Source of the DNA: a virus
Strand: one strand, 5' to 3'
UHGV virus genome: UHGV-0179428
DNA length: 64,000 nucleotides
Below are positions 18,122-29,700 of this stretch, piece by piece (positions within the stretch are counted from its first letter, which is position 1; every line of letters begins with the position of its first letter). The notes beneath the pieces were generated by a model. The model made no database searches, had not been told where the DNA came from, and was given only the letters and a program-made list of their open reading frames with translations. Both the position numbers and the translations under genes were made by a program.

Positions 18122-21100
18122 ATGGCTGTCGTCCTAGACCCACACTTCAAAAAACCGGGGAATAAAATAACCGGTGAAGCGGTCGCCGTCATTGGTACGA
18201 AATACCGAATGTTGGTACCTGCCCACGCCCCTTTTTTCACCACATCCCTGGTGGTCAAGAGCGGCGGCAAAACACTGACCTTAGGCGACGATTACATTAT
18301 TACACACCCGTACGAGACCGGTATGTTGCGCACAGCCTATCTCATTCACGGGATGATTTGGATTGTTAATGACAAATACAAATCGAATTTTACGGTAGAT
18401 TACCACGCCGTTGGTTGTGGTCAGGCTACCCAACAACAGATTACCGCAGAACGCGAACTCAATAAAGATAAATACCCGACTACGTGTCAGTGGGACACCG
18501 TCATCGGGGACGTTTACTTTCCGCCGGTCGATATCCAGTTCGATTGGGAGAATTGGAAAGGCGAACTGGAGTTAATGCAGGCTATTGCTGGATTAGGCGA
18601 TTCGTTAGGGGAAGTCGTGAGTCGACTTAACCCCATCGCACGCAATACCCTGGATTTAGAATACCGTGCTAACAGCAAGGTTATCACTTCCGAGCAGTAT
18701 GCCGTATACGACAATAAAGGTGGTTTCACCTACAACACTACCCGTCATCGTTATAGCTTGAGTTATAAAACTGCAACCTTTAACGACTACGTCCTGTCCG
18801 TGAAACACAGAATTCCTGCTATTCTGCCAGACATGACGAAATTGAATCCAAACGAACAGATCGATTGGATGCTCTGTTATGCTAACGGCGGTGCAAGCAT
18901 TCTACGGTTGCAGCTAAAACAGCGCAAAATCTCACTGGTCTTAACGGTCGCTATTGGCAGCGGTTCAACAAACTACGATTATACGTTAATCAACGGTTTA
19001 ACTGACGATGAGTTAAAAAACGATATCGATTTTAGTGTAACCCGTCAACCCGGAAACGGTGTTTACGTCATCGTAGTAAAAACAAATAAACAGACCATGG
19101 ATTACACATTCAACGTCGATACGCCGCCTGATGAGTTCTCGGCAGGGTATTCGAAAACGGATGTTGCTAAATGGTTGAAGTTTAAAACGAACATTAATCT
19201 AAACTGGTATGCGGCCGAAAACGATTATATTCAAATTCGTTCTTTACCCGGCGCACCAGAACCTGACGTCGATAATGATGTTTACCAGTTAATAGTCAAA
19301 TACCATCAGTTAGTTGAGCAGCTGTATCGTAACGCGCCTGCACACGAACACGTTACACGTAAGGACAACCCGCACACCGATACGTGGGGACCGATCCGTG
19401 CGTTAGAGCTGAATGGTATTGCGTCGGATGCCGCGTTAGCTTACGGGAAAACGAAACAGCAGTTAACGGATTACGTTAATGCTAAGTACCCAACACAAGC
19501 AACGTTAACCGCACAGAAAAAACTGCTTCGTGAATCGGCGAGCAAGAACGTTAACGGCACGATTACCACACTTCCGGGTTTTACTTCGTTCACGACGGAA
19601 GTTGATCCGGTTTCGATGTCGAAATACGTGAGTCCTTATTTTAGCGAAAGCTATGTTAGTAGTGGTCACAGATATCACGGCGCGCTTCGTTACACAGGAA
19701 CGAAAAGCGGTTTCAGTGCTAACTTTAATGCGGTGCCTGCCAACCTGCAAGATATTGACTTTATTGTTACTGGACGTAAAACAGCGTCTGGTAATGAAGC
19801 GGTCGGTAGGGTTGGTTTACGTTTCTACCAAAATCCTGGTAGTAACTCCGGTAAGTACGTAGAGATTACCGGTGAAATCTGGTCCGGTACTCTTACTATC
19901 GAACTGGCGTTGCACGGTTACGGTAGTCCGGTACCGGCAGTTCGGTATATTTCACAAGCTCCTAACCCGGCAATACCGGATGGGGATTTTACGCTACGTT
20001 TTCAACTGAAGCGTACAGGGAATGTGTTTGACGTCGTTATTACCGTAAACAGTAAAACGTATAGCGGTCGGATTAACTTCAATAACATGGACGCTGCGTT
20101 AGAAGCATTAGAGAATCAGCACCACTTTAAATCGCTGATTAATAATGTTGCCGACGCCGTTACCATTAGTTCGCAAAACAAAGGTAACACAGTTACCATT
20201 AAGAAAGCACCGGATGTTGTTGACGAGACACGTTTAGGCGCTCAGTTTGTCGTTGATCCGAAATCCATTAAGTTCATCGGTCAAGGTTCTACTGATGTTA
20301 ACGTGGGTAACAACCCCGTAACGTTCCAAGCAGGTACTAACCAGCTTGTGCTATACCCCGATGACCGAGGATTGTTGTGGCGTGGTAAAAAACTCTTAGA
20401 CCCCACCACCGTAGCCCCGTATCTGCCAGGCAATACCGCAGGTGGTACAGGTTTATTCTACGCAAACTCGACAACAACGGTTACGATCACCGGTAGCGGG
20501 ATAAAAGCCTCGCCGTTCGTAGCGACCTTTATTCTTCCTACCGCGACCGATACAACAGCTCTGGCGGCTTGGCAGTTGACCGATGAGTTTGGTACCGCTG
20601 AAAACCTTGCAGCAACGCCAGCACTGATTGAAAAACTCGATGCGGAGTTCACCGGTAAGTTAGTTGCAGTTAAATCGTACATTAACGACATGCAACTTAC
20701 CAGCTCGGTTACTATCGATAAGATTACCTTTGGTTTAGGTAATGTTGCGAATACGCCTGATGTTGATTTACCGATTTCTACAGCACAACGTGCGGAGTTA
20801 GATAAATACTCGCCTAAAGTTCACCAACACCCGTTTACCGCTTTTGGTACAGGGAACGCAACCACAGCGAAACGTGGTCTGATTAAATTTGGTCTGGATG
20901 TGGATGATGCGACTTTAGCACTCGATGGGAGTGTGGTAATGGCGCAGACTTCCCAGATTGAAAAATTGGAGCGCGCTGTCAGCGGTGTTGACTCGGAGGC
21001 ACGTCTTGACATTATACGTTTTGGTGAGTCTGGTAACGACTTAATAGACCTTACGGTCAAAGACAAAATTCTGGTCACGCTTCCAGCTTCAACGTATTTT

Positions 21101-22444
21101 ATCGGTGGTGAAACATACGACGTTCCGTTGATGACGATTAACGTCAGTGAACGTTTTCCGAAATTGAATACAGAAATCTACGCAGGGATTTTTGTTGATA
21201 TTGTTGACAACAAAGCGAAGTATATTGTCCATGACAGCTACAGTCAGGCTGAAACGGATACCATGACGCGTGTAGGGTTGATTGGTGTTAACGACATTTC
21301 TGAGGTGTTCGTTACGGAGATGCGTAATGTCACACGGTTGGGTGATTTCCGTGAACTGAAAGATCATAAAGCCGATGACAACGCACACATTCAGCGCTCC
21401 GCGTCACGTGCAGCGCTTGGGTTAGCTAACTTAACCGTAGGCGCGCCTTGCTGGGCTTCTGGACTCCAGGCAGTAGTACGCGGTGAAGCAGATTGGCGTT
21501 ATGTTGCCGGTGGGCAGTATAAAGCTTTAGACGGGGTGAAATACGACCAACTCGCATCAAAGTGGATTTTTGACGCGAAAGGGGTAAGCGATAACCTACA
21601 CGGGTTTATCCACAACATGTTCCCAGCTTTTAAGAACGCAGGAATGCGGGTAAGTTGGGAAACAGAAAGCAACGCAAAAACCGGCACGGTGTTAGAAACT
21701 GTTTTAGGTTGTTGGAAAAACACCGACGGCGAGTTTATGCGGTTGTCGTTACTTATCACTCGTGGTTATCGTTTAACTGACAGCAATGGTGAATATTGTT
21801 ACGCAGGGTTCGGTTTGAACTTCGGTAGCGGGAAATCGGTAGTGGTAGGTTTCACACCAACGAAGCGTGTTACGCCTGCACCGTGGAATACGTTACAACC
21901 TGACGTAACGTTTACCCACACCCGTGCTGCAAACAACGCAATAACGTTTAACGCAACACTGACCTTAGCGGGCACTACGTATACCATCGTGGTGTTTTTA
22001 TCTGCGACAGATAAATACGTAAGCTGCACGGCAGCAGGGGGAGCTACGCAGAAAATCCCTCTAACTGACCGTTTAACAGGGTTCAATATCGCACCTATCG
22101 TTAACGATCCGTATACCCCTATTTACTACGGTTTAGGGGGACTTTATGAGGATGAGGTTCGTGCCAACATCCGTTCTACGGCAGACAGCGCAACCTCGAA
22201 TAAAGTCTATGGTACGTTGTTAGACTATATTAGCAACTATTCCTCATTAAATCGTGTGCGCGTTATGGAATTGACCGGTGTCAGTTCAGACCCCGAAACG
22301 CTTAATGCGTTAGTGGCAACTGAATTTAATAACAACCTGGCGGATTACGCTGCGTTACCGATACCTCCTTATCTTAACAAGGAGCGCGTAATGTCGTTTA
22401 TCGACACCAACAATAAAGTGCAGGCGGTAATCATTCGCGATTAA
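18122..22444 (+). CDS. giant tail fibre / receptor-binding-like protein 1 (1440 aa)
   Basis: ORF track; AGGAGTAGAGA-ATG; N-terminal region shares the PFF...GDDY module with the next three genes. Confidence 0.7.
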   Translation: MAVVLDPHFKKPGNKITGEAVAVIGTKYRMLVPAHAPFFTTSLVVKSGGKTLTLGDDYIITHPYETGMLRTAYLIHGMIWIVNDKYKSNFTVDYHAVGCGQATQQQITAERELNKDKYPTTCQWDTVIGDVYFPPVDIQFDWENWKGELELMQAIAGLGDSLGEVVSRLNPIARNTLDLEYRANSKVITSEQYAVYDNKGGFTYNTTRHRYSLSYKTATFNDYVLSVKHRIPAILPDMTKLNPNEQIDWMLCYANGGASILRLQLKQRKISLVLTVAIGSGSTNYDYTLINGLTDDELKNDIDFSVTRQPGNGVYVIVVKTNKQTMDYTFNVDTPPDEFSAGYSKTDVAKWLKFKTNINLNWYAAENDYIQIRSLPGAPEPDVDNDVYQLIVKYHQLVEQLYRNAPAHEHVTRKDNPHTDTWGPIRALELNGIASDAALAYGKTKQQLTDYVNAKYPTQATLTAQKKLLRESASKNVNGTITTLPGFTSFTTEVDPVSMSKYVSPYFSESYVSSGHRYHGALRYTGTKSGFSANFNAVPANLQDIDFIVTGRKTASGNEAVGRVGLRFYQNPGSNSGKYVEITGEIWSGTLTIELALHGYGSPVPAVRYISQAPNPAIPDGDFTLRFQLKRTGNVFDVVITVNSKTYSGRINFNNMDAALEALENQHHFKSLINNVADAVTISSQNKGNTVTIKKAPDVVDETRLGAQFVVDPKSIKFIGQGSTDVNVGNNPVTFQAGTNQLVLYPDDRGLLWRGKKLLDPTTVAPYLPGNTAGGTGLFYANSTTTVTITGSGIKASPFVATFILPTATDTTALAAWQLTDEFGTAENLAATPALIEKLDAEFTGKLVAVKSYINDMQLTSSVTIDKITFGLGNVANTPDVDLPISTAQRAELDKYSPKVHQHPFTAFGTGNATTAKRGLIKFGLDVDDATLALDGSVVMAQTSQIEKLERAVSGVDSEARLDIIRFGESGNDLIDLTVKDKILVTLPASTYFIGGETYDVPLMTINVSERFPKLNTEIYAGIFVDIVDNKAKYIVHDSYSQAETDTMTRVGLIGVNDISEVFVTEMRNVTRLGDFRELKDHKADDNAHIQRSASRAALGLANLTVGAPCWASGLQAVVRGEADWRYVAGGQYKALDGVKYDQLASKWIFDAKGVSDNLHGFIHNMFPAFKNAGMRVSWETESNAKTGTVLETVLGCWKNTDGEFMRLSLLITRGYRLTDSNGEYCYAGFGLNFGSGKSVVVGFTPTKRVTPAPWNTLQPDVTFTHTRAANNAITFNATLTLAGTTYTIVVFLSATDKYVSCTAAGGATQKIPLTDRLTGFNIAPIVNDPYTPIYYGLGGLYEDEVRANIRSTADSATSNKVYGTLLDYISNYSSLNRVRVMELTGVSSDPETLNALVATEFNNNLADYAALPIPPYLNKERVMSFIDTNNKVQAVIIRD

Positions 22445-22457
22445 GGAGAATTTTTTG

Positions 22458-25400
22458 ATGAAAGCGTATCCTTACGATCCTCGGGGGACGAAAGCCGAGA
22501 ATCACTTCTTAGAGGAGCGTATCATCGGGTCAGAGAACAACAACGATCGGGTGGTGATTTTAGACCACCGCCCGTTCTTTGAAGATTTGGTCGTCAGACA
22601 ACCAGGTTCAACCACCCCACTGAGTCGTGGGGTGGACTACGAACTGCAATATCAGCTGACGGAACTGGATGACTCGGTAGCAGCCAACGTGTATTGTGGG
22701 GTACACCTTATCAACCCATCCATCAAGGGTATCGTAACCTTTGAAGGACAAATGCTCGGCGGTACGTTCTACGACCCGTTTGTTGATATTCTCGATGAAC
22801 TGGTGAAATATTTGAATAACCCAGTCAGTGCTGACTGGTTGTTATTAGACGGTAGACCATCGTTATATCCAGCGACGCCAGCAGCAACGTCCTGGGCGGA
22901 TTTGCTGAACAAAAAATATTTAGCGTCGGCAGTTCACGACATTGAATTGAAAACCGACGACGCTAACCAATTAATTAAAGACAAATTAGCTGAAGTTAAA
23001 GCGTTAGTGACTGCGTTGGGTAAAGAAATCGAAGCATTTAACTACCCAGCACATATCGCAGCGAAGAACCCGCACGAAACCACATCCGCGCAGATTAACG
23101 CGCATCCTGTTAACTTGAAAACCCCCGACACCTTTATGGCGTACGGGTTAAAGTTGAAAGCACTGACGGATGAGCTGAAAGCGTTTCGTTTACCCCAGTC
23201 AGTTATCGACACGTATATCTCTCACTGGATTTCTTCGGAAGTACGGGGCGTGTTTAACTGTACGGTGTCAGGAAACCGCGCACAGTTCCGTTCGAAAAAC
23301 GGTGAGTCAGAAATCATTTTTGCCAACGATGGCTTTACGTTAAAATCCAACGGTTCTGTGGTATTAGCGGTAGGACATCTGGAAGGCACAGGTGCAGGAC
23401 GTTACATTAATTGGCGTGCTGGTAAAAACACCTTACGTATCGAGTCAACCGGCGATGCTTTAGGGATGAACAAACTCACCCTGAATGGTAACCCGTTACT
23501 GACTACCACAGCTTTGATGGAATACCAACAAGATCCTGATGCTGGCGGGAGCGGCGGCGGTGATCCTGATGACTCGAAGGTGTACATCGAAGGCCGTAAT
23601 GGGATTAGCTTCACCGGTAAAGGCTCTCGGACCGATCCTATCGTGGGTACTATCGACCCGACGAAAGCGACAACCGCTGAAAAAGGTGTTGTTAAGCTTA
23701 AAACTGGTAAAGGTACAGAAACGGTTGGGGTTGCAGCAACGCCAGCGTCATTAACACCTTATTCGACCGACCTATCAGGGTATGTGGCTAAAACGACCAT
23801 GATTAACGGTAAGCCAATGAATGACGGCTCCAGGACAATCACGAAAGCTGACCTGGGGTTAGGGCAAGCGGATAACACCGCAGACCTTGACAAACCGTTG
23901 TCAACCGAGTTAACTAAGGCGGTTAGCGGTCTAGCAGATGTAGGCCATCATCACGATTGGTCGGAGTTAGGCATTTATAAAGCTTCTCAATCTGTTTACG
24001 GTATTGGTCGTTATGCAACTAACCAGAACGGTTTGGTTGAAAACCGTGCAGTGGTACCGAACATCTTAAAAGAGCTTTCGGCACGTTTAAGTGTGGTCGC
24101 TGCGGCAATTGCAAATGCGAAAGAAGGAACAGTCACGGATTTCGCTGCTGTAAAAGGCGCAGACTGGCGATTTAATAGCCAGGGTACGGCAATCTCCGTT
24201 CAGGATTTGAAATATTTCTATTTGCTGGACGGCACGAAAGGTGACAGTACCGTTACCGGTGCGATTGACCTGCAAACCACCCCGATGTTTAACTGGTTCT
24301 CACCGAACAACCAACTTGAGCTGACTTGGGCTACGGGTAAGGTGAGTAACGGTACGGGAATCAACTGGACGGGTATTGAAGAACCGCCATTGATGGGGTT
24401 CCAGTCTGTCCCGGTAGGTAAGACTGCTACACAGATGGGTGACCAGTCAGTTGTTACTGTATTGGCAAAAACGCGTGTAAAAGCATACCAACCGAAGCTC
24501 TGGGTTTATGCTGCTGGGGGTGGTCCGGTTACGGTTTACATTAACGGTATCCAGGCAGCCACAGGCCAGTCTCCACTCGTCGCGGTGTATGAAACGTCGT
24601 CAGACGTTGAAAATTACACAGTGGCGGTTAAAGCCGAGTGTAGCGACACGACTAAATCCGCAGCGGTACAGTTCGAAGTTTACGATGGTGACTACCCCGT
24701 TTATTTCAGTGGCCCTGAAACGCGCGTAGAGCTTCTCCAGGAGTTTGTTACAACGCACGTAGGGGTTCGTCACTATTTGTACGTTAACATGCTCACAGGC
24801 TCTCTGTATTCGCGTGCTGAACCGATTCAGAGTATTGCCGTCGACCCAGAACGCGGTTATATCGGTTATGTTGATATCGTTCCTGGTCAGTCTTACGCGA
24901 ATAAAACTGTGGGATTTGAAACCACGTTTGATTTCGGGAAAAGTGCGGAAGTTAGCGAGCACATCAGCACTCGTAAGGCACACGGTCTCAGCGCTGTTGA
25001 CTGGGCGTTAACGGATAACCCACGGTTGCCGTTATTAAACCGTGCTATTGCTGAACCAAGAGCGTGTATCTTTAGGAAACCGTTAGCAACCGCTACAGGG
25101 GATGTTTTCCATCTTGTCAGTCGTGGCCTTTATACCTACGCACACAACCAAAACGTGAAGTCGAGTCTTCAATACGTTGTGATACCTGAAGGTGCTACGC
25201 CGTATTGTTGGTTTACACCATTTAACCCGAAAGAAAACAACGCACCGACATTCGAAGGCTCGTTTGCGTTCGATGTTGACGATGTTGGTGGAACGCAAGC
25301 CCTTGCTGCTGCGCCGGATTTGGTTCTATGCACGTCAACGCAAGGTAGCAGCGTTAAACGTCGCTATCTGCGCATTGACCTAACTACCAAAACCTGTAAG

Positions 25401-26639
25401 TTGGGGATTGGTTCCCGTTCAGATTCTGCTGTTACGGATATTCCGTTAGTGATGGAGGAGTCTGGGGAAACGGCAGTGGCCGCAACGTTTAAGGATGTGT
25501 TGTTCAACGGTGAGGAAACCAACGCGGCGACGCTCGACTTGATAGGTTGGGGTGCCAGCCGAGATAAAATTCCTGCAAACCATGCACCTCGTGGCATGAT
25601 TCGCTATCGTTACAACGTAAACAGTCGGGTATTACGTTTAGCACTGACGTTCTCACAGTTCGGAACGACAACAGTTAAACATCGACAGCTGGAGATTCAA
25701 TTCCCGTTCGATTTAGTGGATTATTTCACTGGCGACGGTGTGGGATTGTCGTTTAAAGAACTGTCTGCGAAATGTCGTGTAACGATTAGTCACGCGCTGA
25801 TTGATCCGGCTACGAGTAACGTCGACATTGATAAGTACCATTACTTACGTTCGTTGTTCGAATCGTATCTGGATTCGTCCGTTGGGTATTTGGCTGATAC
25901 CAAAGACGTTGATTTTAGTCAGTCTGTGATTGACCCTGCGACTTATGAGGTTAGTCAAAAATACCGCGTTACAGAAAGCATCGCGCTGCCAACCGGCCAG
26001 GGAAGTGTTGCTGTTTCCCATGACGGTCAGTTGCCTGCGCAGTTCTTTGACCGTAAGCTGTCTCGTGGTGCCTTGATGGCCAAGAAAGGTGAACTCAACG
26101 CTTCCTGGAATAATGAGTGGAGCACGACTAAAGCTGCTGCGAGTCGTTATCGCCATAAACTCATTCTACGCTTTGCACAAGGTGCTGATAAACAGCAGTA
26201 TCGCGTTGCAAAAGTGGCCGGGACGGTGAAGTCTAACTGGCCGGGTAAAGTGATTATCGGTGATGCCGGGAAGGACCCGTATGTATCGGCTATTGATAGC
26301 GTATCTTTTGCGCTTTCGACCGCCTCTGATACAGGTAAAGCGATTACTCTTACGCCAAAGGACTTACGTGTAGGTCAAGACATTTATATTGTCTTAGAAC
26401 CGCCCGGCAATAATCCAGAAGGTTATGAACTTAACTTCACTTGTTCGTTAGATGTCACTGACGAGAAAAGTGTCCGTCAAGATCAACTCAATGCACAGAG
26501 TTTCGAACTCCGTAGCGGCGAAAGTCAGTTCTTAATGGAGAAACGCAACCCGTACCACATCACGAGTAAAGCGTGGAAGTGGATTCTGGCTGTACTGAAA
26601 CGAGAACTTAACGGGAAGCAGTTAGGGGATCGTACTTAG
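22458..26639 (+). CDS. giant tail fibre / receptor-binding-like protein 2 (1393 aa)
   Basis: ORF track 22455-26639; ATG at 22458 after AAGGAGAA; N-terminal RPFFEDL...GVDYEL module; terminator hairpin downstream. Confidence 0.7.
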   Translation: MKAYPYDPRGTKAENHFLEERIIGSENNNDRVVILDHRPFFEDLVVRQPGSTTPLSRGVDYELQYQLTELDDSVAANVYCGVHLINPSIKGIVTFEGQMLGGTFYDPFVDILDELVKYLNNPVSADWLLLDGRPSLYPATPAATSWADLLNKKYLASAVHDIELKTDDANQLIKDKLAEVKALVTALGKEIEAFNYPAHIAAKNPHETTSAQINAHPVNLKTPDTFMAYGLKLKALTDELKAFRLPQSVIDTYISHWISSEVRGVFNCTVSGNRAQFRSKNGESEIIFANDGFTLKSNGSVVLAVGHLEGTGAGRYINWRAGKNTLRIESTGDALGMNKLTLNGNPLLTTTALMEYQQDPDAGGSGGGDPDDSKVYIEGRNGISFTGKGSRTDPIVGTIDPTKATTAEKGVVKLKTGKGTETVGVAATPASLTPYSTDLSGYVAKTTMINGKPMNDGSRTITKADLGLGQADNTADLDKPLSTELTKAVSGLADVGHHHDWSELGIYKASQSVYGIGRYATNQNGLVENRAVVPNILKELSARLSVVAAAIANAKEGTVTDFAAVKGADWRFNSQGTAISVQDLKYFYLLDGTKGDSTVTGAIDLQTTPMFNWFSPNNQLELTWATGKVSNGTGINWTGIEEPPLMGFQSVPVGKTATQMGDQSVVTVLAKTRVKAYQPKLWVYAAGGGPVTVYINGIQAATGQSPLVAVYETSSDVENYTVAVKAECSDTTKSAAVQFEVYDGDYPVYFSGPETRVELLQEFVTTHVGVRHYLYVNMLTGSLYSRAEPIQSIAVDPERGYIGYVDIVPGQSYANKTVGFETTFDFGKSAEVSEHISTRKAHGLSAVDWALTDNPRLPLLNRAIAEPRACIFRKPLATATGDVFHLVSRGLYTYAHNQNVKSSLQYVVIPEGATPYCWFTPFNPKENNAPTFEGSFAFDVDDVGGTQALAAAPDLVLCTSTQGSSVKRRYLRIDLTTKTCKLGIGSRSDSAVTDIPLVMEESGETAVAATFKDVLFNGEETNAATLDLIGWGASRDKIPANHAPRGMIRYRYNVNSRVLRLALTFSQFGTTTVKHRQLEIQFPFDLVDYFTGDGVGLSFKELSAKCRVTISHALIDPATSNVDIDKYHYLRSLFESYLDSSVGYLADTKDVDFSQSVIDPATYEVSQKYRVTESIALPTGQGSVAVSHDGQLPAQFFDRKLSRGALMAKKGELNASWNNEWSTTKAAASRYRHKLILRFAQGADKQQYRVAKVAGTVKSNWPGKVIIGDAGKDPYVSAIDSVSFALSTASDTGKAITLTPKDLRVGQDIYIVLEPPGNNPEGYELNFTCSLDVTDEKSVRQDQLNAQSFELRSGESQFLMEKRNPYHITSKAWKWILAVLKRELNGKQLGDRT

Positions 26640-26675
26640 GACAGACTGCCTGCGGGCAGTTGTGTGTCCGTAGGT

Positions 26676-26714
26676 AACCCCTCCCTGTAATGGGGAGGGG
26701 TATCCATTTTATTT
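26676..26714 (+). terminator. rho-independent terminator
   Basis: ACCCCTCCC-tgtaat-GGGGAGGGGT hairpin followed by T-rich tract. Confidence 0.6.
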
Positions 26715-26733
26715 AAAAGTAGGAGTCTTTACG

Positions 26734-29700
26734 ATGCCGAGAGAAGACGCGGCGCAGTTTAACGGTACGCTAAGCACAGTGACGTACCCTAACCGATTTA
26801 ACGTGGTCATTCCGCCTGAAGGACCTTTTTATCGTATCGGATTAAAACTCACAGTAGCCGACGATACCGCGCCTAACGGACGTCGTACTCTGATTGAGGG
26901 GTTGGACTACTATTTAGGCTATTACTTTAAAGAACTCGCAGAAGCTGAACAAGATCAGATTTATGGCGGGTTTATGTTGCTTACTGCAACAGAAATCGAA
27001 TATGAGATTTTAGGGGTAGCACGGCAGTATCGTGTACCGCAATCTGAAATCGGGAAGTTCTTAGTTCGTACTGACCTGAAAGACCCACGTAACGTGGACT
27101 GGTCGGAGTTAATGGCGTACGCGCCGGTTATTCAACCAATCGACCCCCCTGCTAACTTAGAAGAAGCTATTCTGAGGGACGAGGTCGTTAAAGCGTTGAA
27201 CGATATCCGCAAGAAAATCATTCAGCGTTCAACAGAGTTAGATGCGGCCTTCACCGAAGTCACTAACCTGATTTACGAGAACGGTAAAAAGATTTTCGAT
27301 GAAGAACTATACCAACACCACCTTAATCCTAACGCTCACCAGTATACGACCAATGACGTTGGGGCCCTTCCGGTTTTAGGACGTGCTGTTGACGCTACAA
27401 AAGCGTTTGGGTTGACAATTGACCAACTGGCTACGCTGATGGGTTCGGCGGGCATTGAGCAATCAGACGTTGAACAGTTAATGGGCGAAGCCCTCGGTAC
27501 CGTTTACGGTCGTTGGGGTACCACGAACGGTAATGAACTAACGTTTAAAACACCGGGTGGACACATCATCAGCATCCGTGGTGATAAGTGGTTAATTACT
27601 TCACCACAACCGTTAGTGATTAAAGCAGACCAAGACAACAACGAATCCGGTTTGGCGGTTGAGTTTAGTGCGGGGCTGAATACGCTTTGGGTACACTCTG
27701 GGTCAGAACAGGATGTATTAGCACCGGTCTATAACTCTGTGTATTTGGTTACACCAGAAATGGTGAACATGTACCTGACGTCTGTAACGTTACTTGAAGC
27801 GAACGCCTATTTCAAATCGTCTGACACCGTAAAACCGTACGGTACAGCGAAGCAGTCTAACCCACTAACGTTGAATGCGAATATTCCCACAGCAACCGAG
27901 TCGGTTTATGGGGTGTTTTCGATTACGAATATCGCAACCTCTGTAGCGCTAGGCACTGCTATTTCCCAAAAGGCTGTGACCGAGTTAAAAAACCGGTTGG
28001 ACTTGTACGTTGATGATAGCTACACGGTTAACGGTAAAGGGTTTGTTAAGACAGGCGACAACATGGTGTTAACCTTAACGAAGGCCGATTTCGGTATCGA
28101 TAAGATGAATAACACCACACCCATCGCTAAACCGGTAACAAAAGCATTAGCGAACGTGCTGAAAAATAAAAGTTTGAAGGTACACACGCACACTACCGCT
28201 GATTTGGATAATGTCCCGATTGGTAGCGCAACAGTGGACGGTATCTTACAGCTGTGGGATGCGATTGATACCACGAATGATAAAGCCGTTACATCACGCC
28301 AAGGGTGGTTGTTCGCAAAAGAGATTAAGAAGGTCTCTGATAAACTGAATACCCTCTTGCCCGCATGGACAACGGCCGGGAGCAAATATACCAACAATTC
28401 GATATTGCCGATCTTGTCGATGGGTAATTACGAAGGTTATGGTAAAAACATGGATGCGCTCCAGATGGTTATAGGGGTACAACAAGGTAAGCTTTACGCT
28501 TTAATTAGTTCTAAATCTGCCCTTCCGGGAACTGAGGGTATTTATTACGCTGTTGCTGGGTTAAAAAACGACAAAAGTCTCGGTGAAATTTACAAAACAA
28601 CTTTCCGTTATAAGCCGAAAGGGTTAGAGACGAATTATCCGGGGGTGGAACTAAAAGAAATTACCGTTACTGGTACCGAAGCATTTATAGCGAAGGGCAG
28701 CGACGATAATTATTATTTAGTTAAACTGAACGGTTCAATGGATTACACCAAACATACCGATGTCAGGTTGGTAACTTTCTCAGAATTTGTTTCAGAAACA
28801 ACATGGGAATTTGTGCCGAATATGTTCATGGATCGTGTGGTCATAGCCGATAACGGCGTCTATGTTTTGCGTACGATGCTAATGGCCGATCTGAAAAACA
28901 ATAGTCTGGTGGACTACATTAAGGATACTCCGCAACCTATGTTCCGTGTTGGGTTATTGCGGCTTAATAAAACCGATCGGTTTGAACAGGTTGATTTAAG
29001 CTCTACACGAAAAATCGGTAAGTGTGCCGATTTGGTTGAACCTGGCGCGTTCGATGTAGATAATCCGAATACGAAGCGTCTTGCCTACTTCACTGCGGAA
29101 GGCAAAGCGTTGTGGACAGTGAATTTACAATTAACTAGAGGGGTGTCAAGATGGATAACGCCCGTTGTTAAGGACGGTCACTTGTTAACCGTCGGCGTGT
29201 CTGGCGTTTGTCTTGGTTTTTCTTCAACGAAAGGTACCACATTCGGGCCATGGAATGGTGCTTATCGTCTCGACCTATTAACCGGGGAGGTTGGGTTAGA
29301 GACAACTAACATCTTCCCAATCAAAATCGATACTACAGGTTGCTACTTAAAAGACGGAACAAAAATAGAGCTGAAATGGAAATGGGCTACTCGAAGTTCT
29401 GGCTATATGACCGACAATAGAATCTGTGTCGGTGATATGGTTTATTCTTGCTGCTGTTCGACAGAAAAACAACTTGCACCATCTCTCCATTACCAGAAAC
29501 TCCCAGAAGGAGTTAGTTATCTGGACTATGTTAAGTTGAGTGCGGGGTATGAGGGGCAATCTACGTTTGAAAATCGGATAAACCCTGTGGTGGGTTCGGT
29601 GTGGAAACCGTCTATGACCTTCCCATTGTTCTTCCCAGGAACAAACAAAGTATGGCTTAAACATCAAAAAACGGCTTATTTCATTGAAGCCGAATATGAT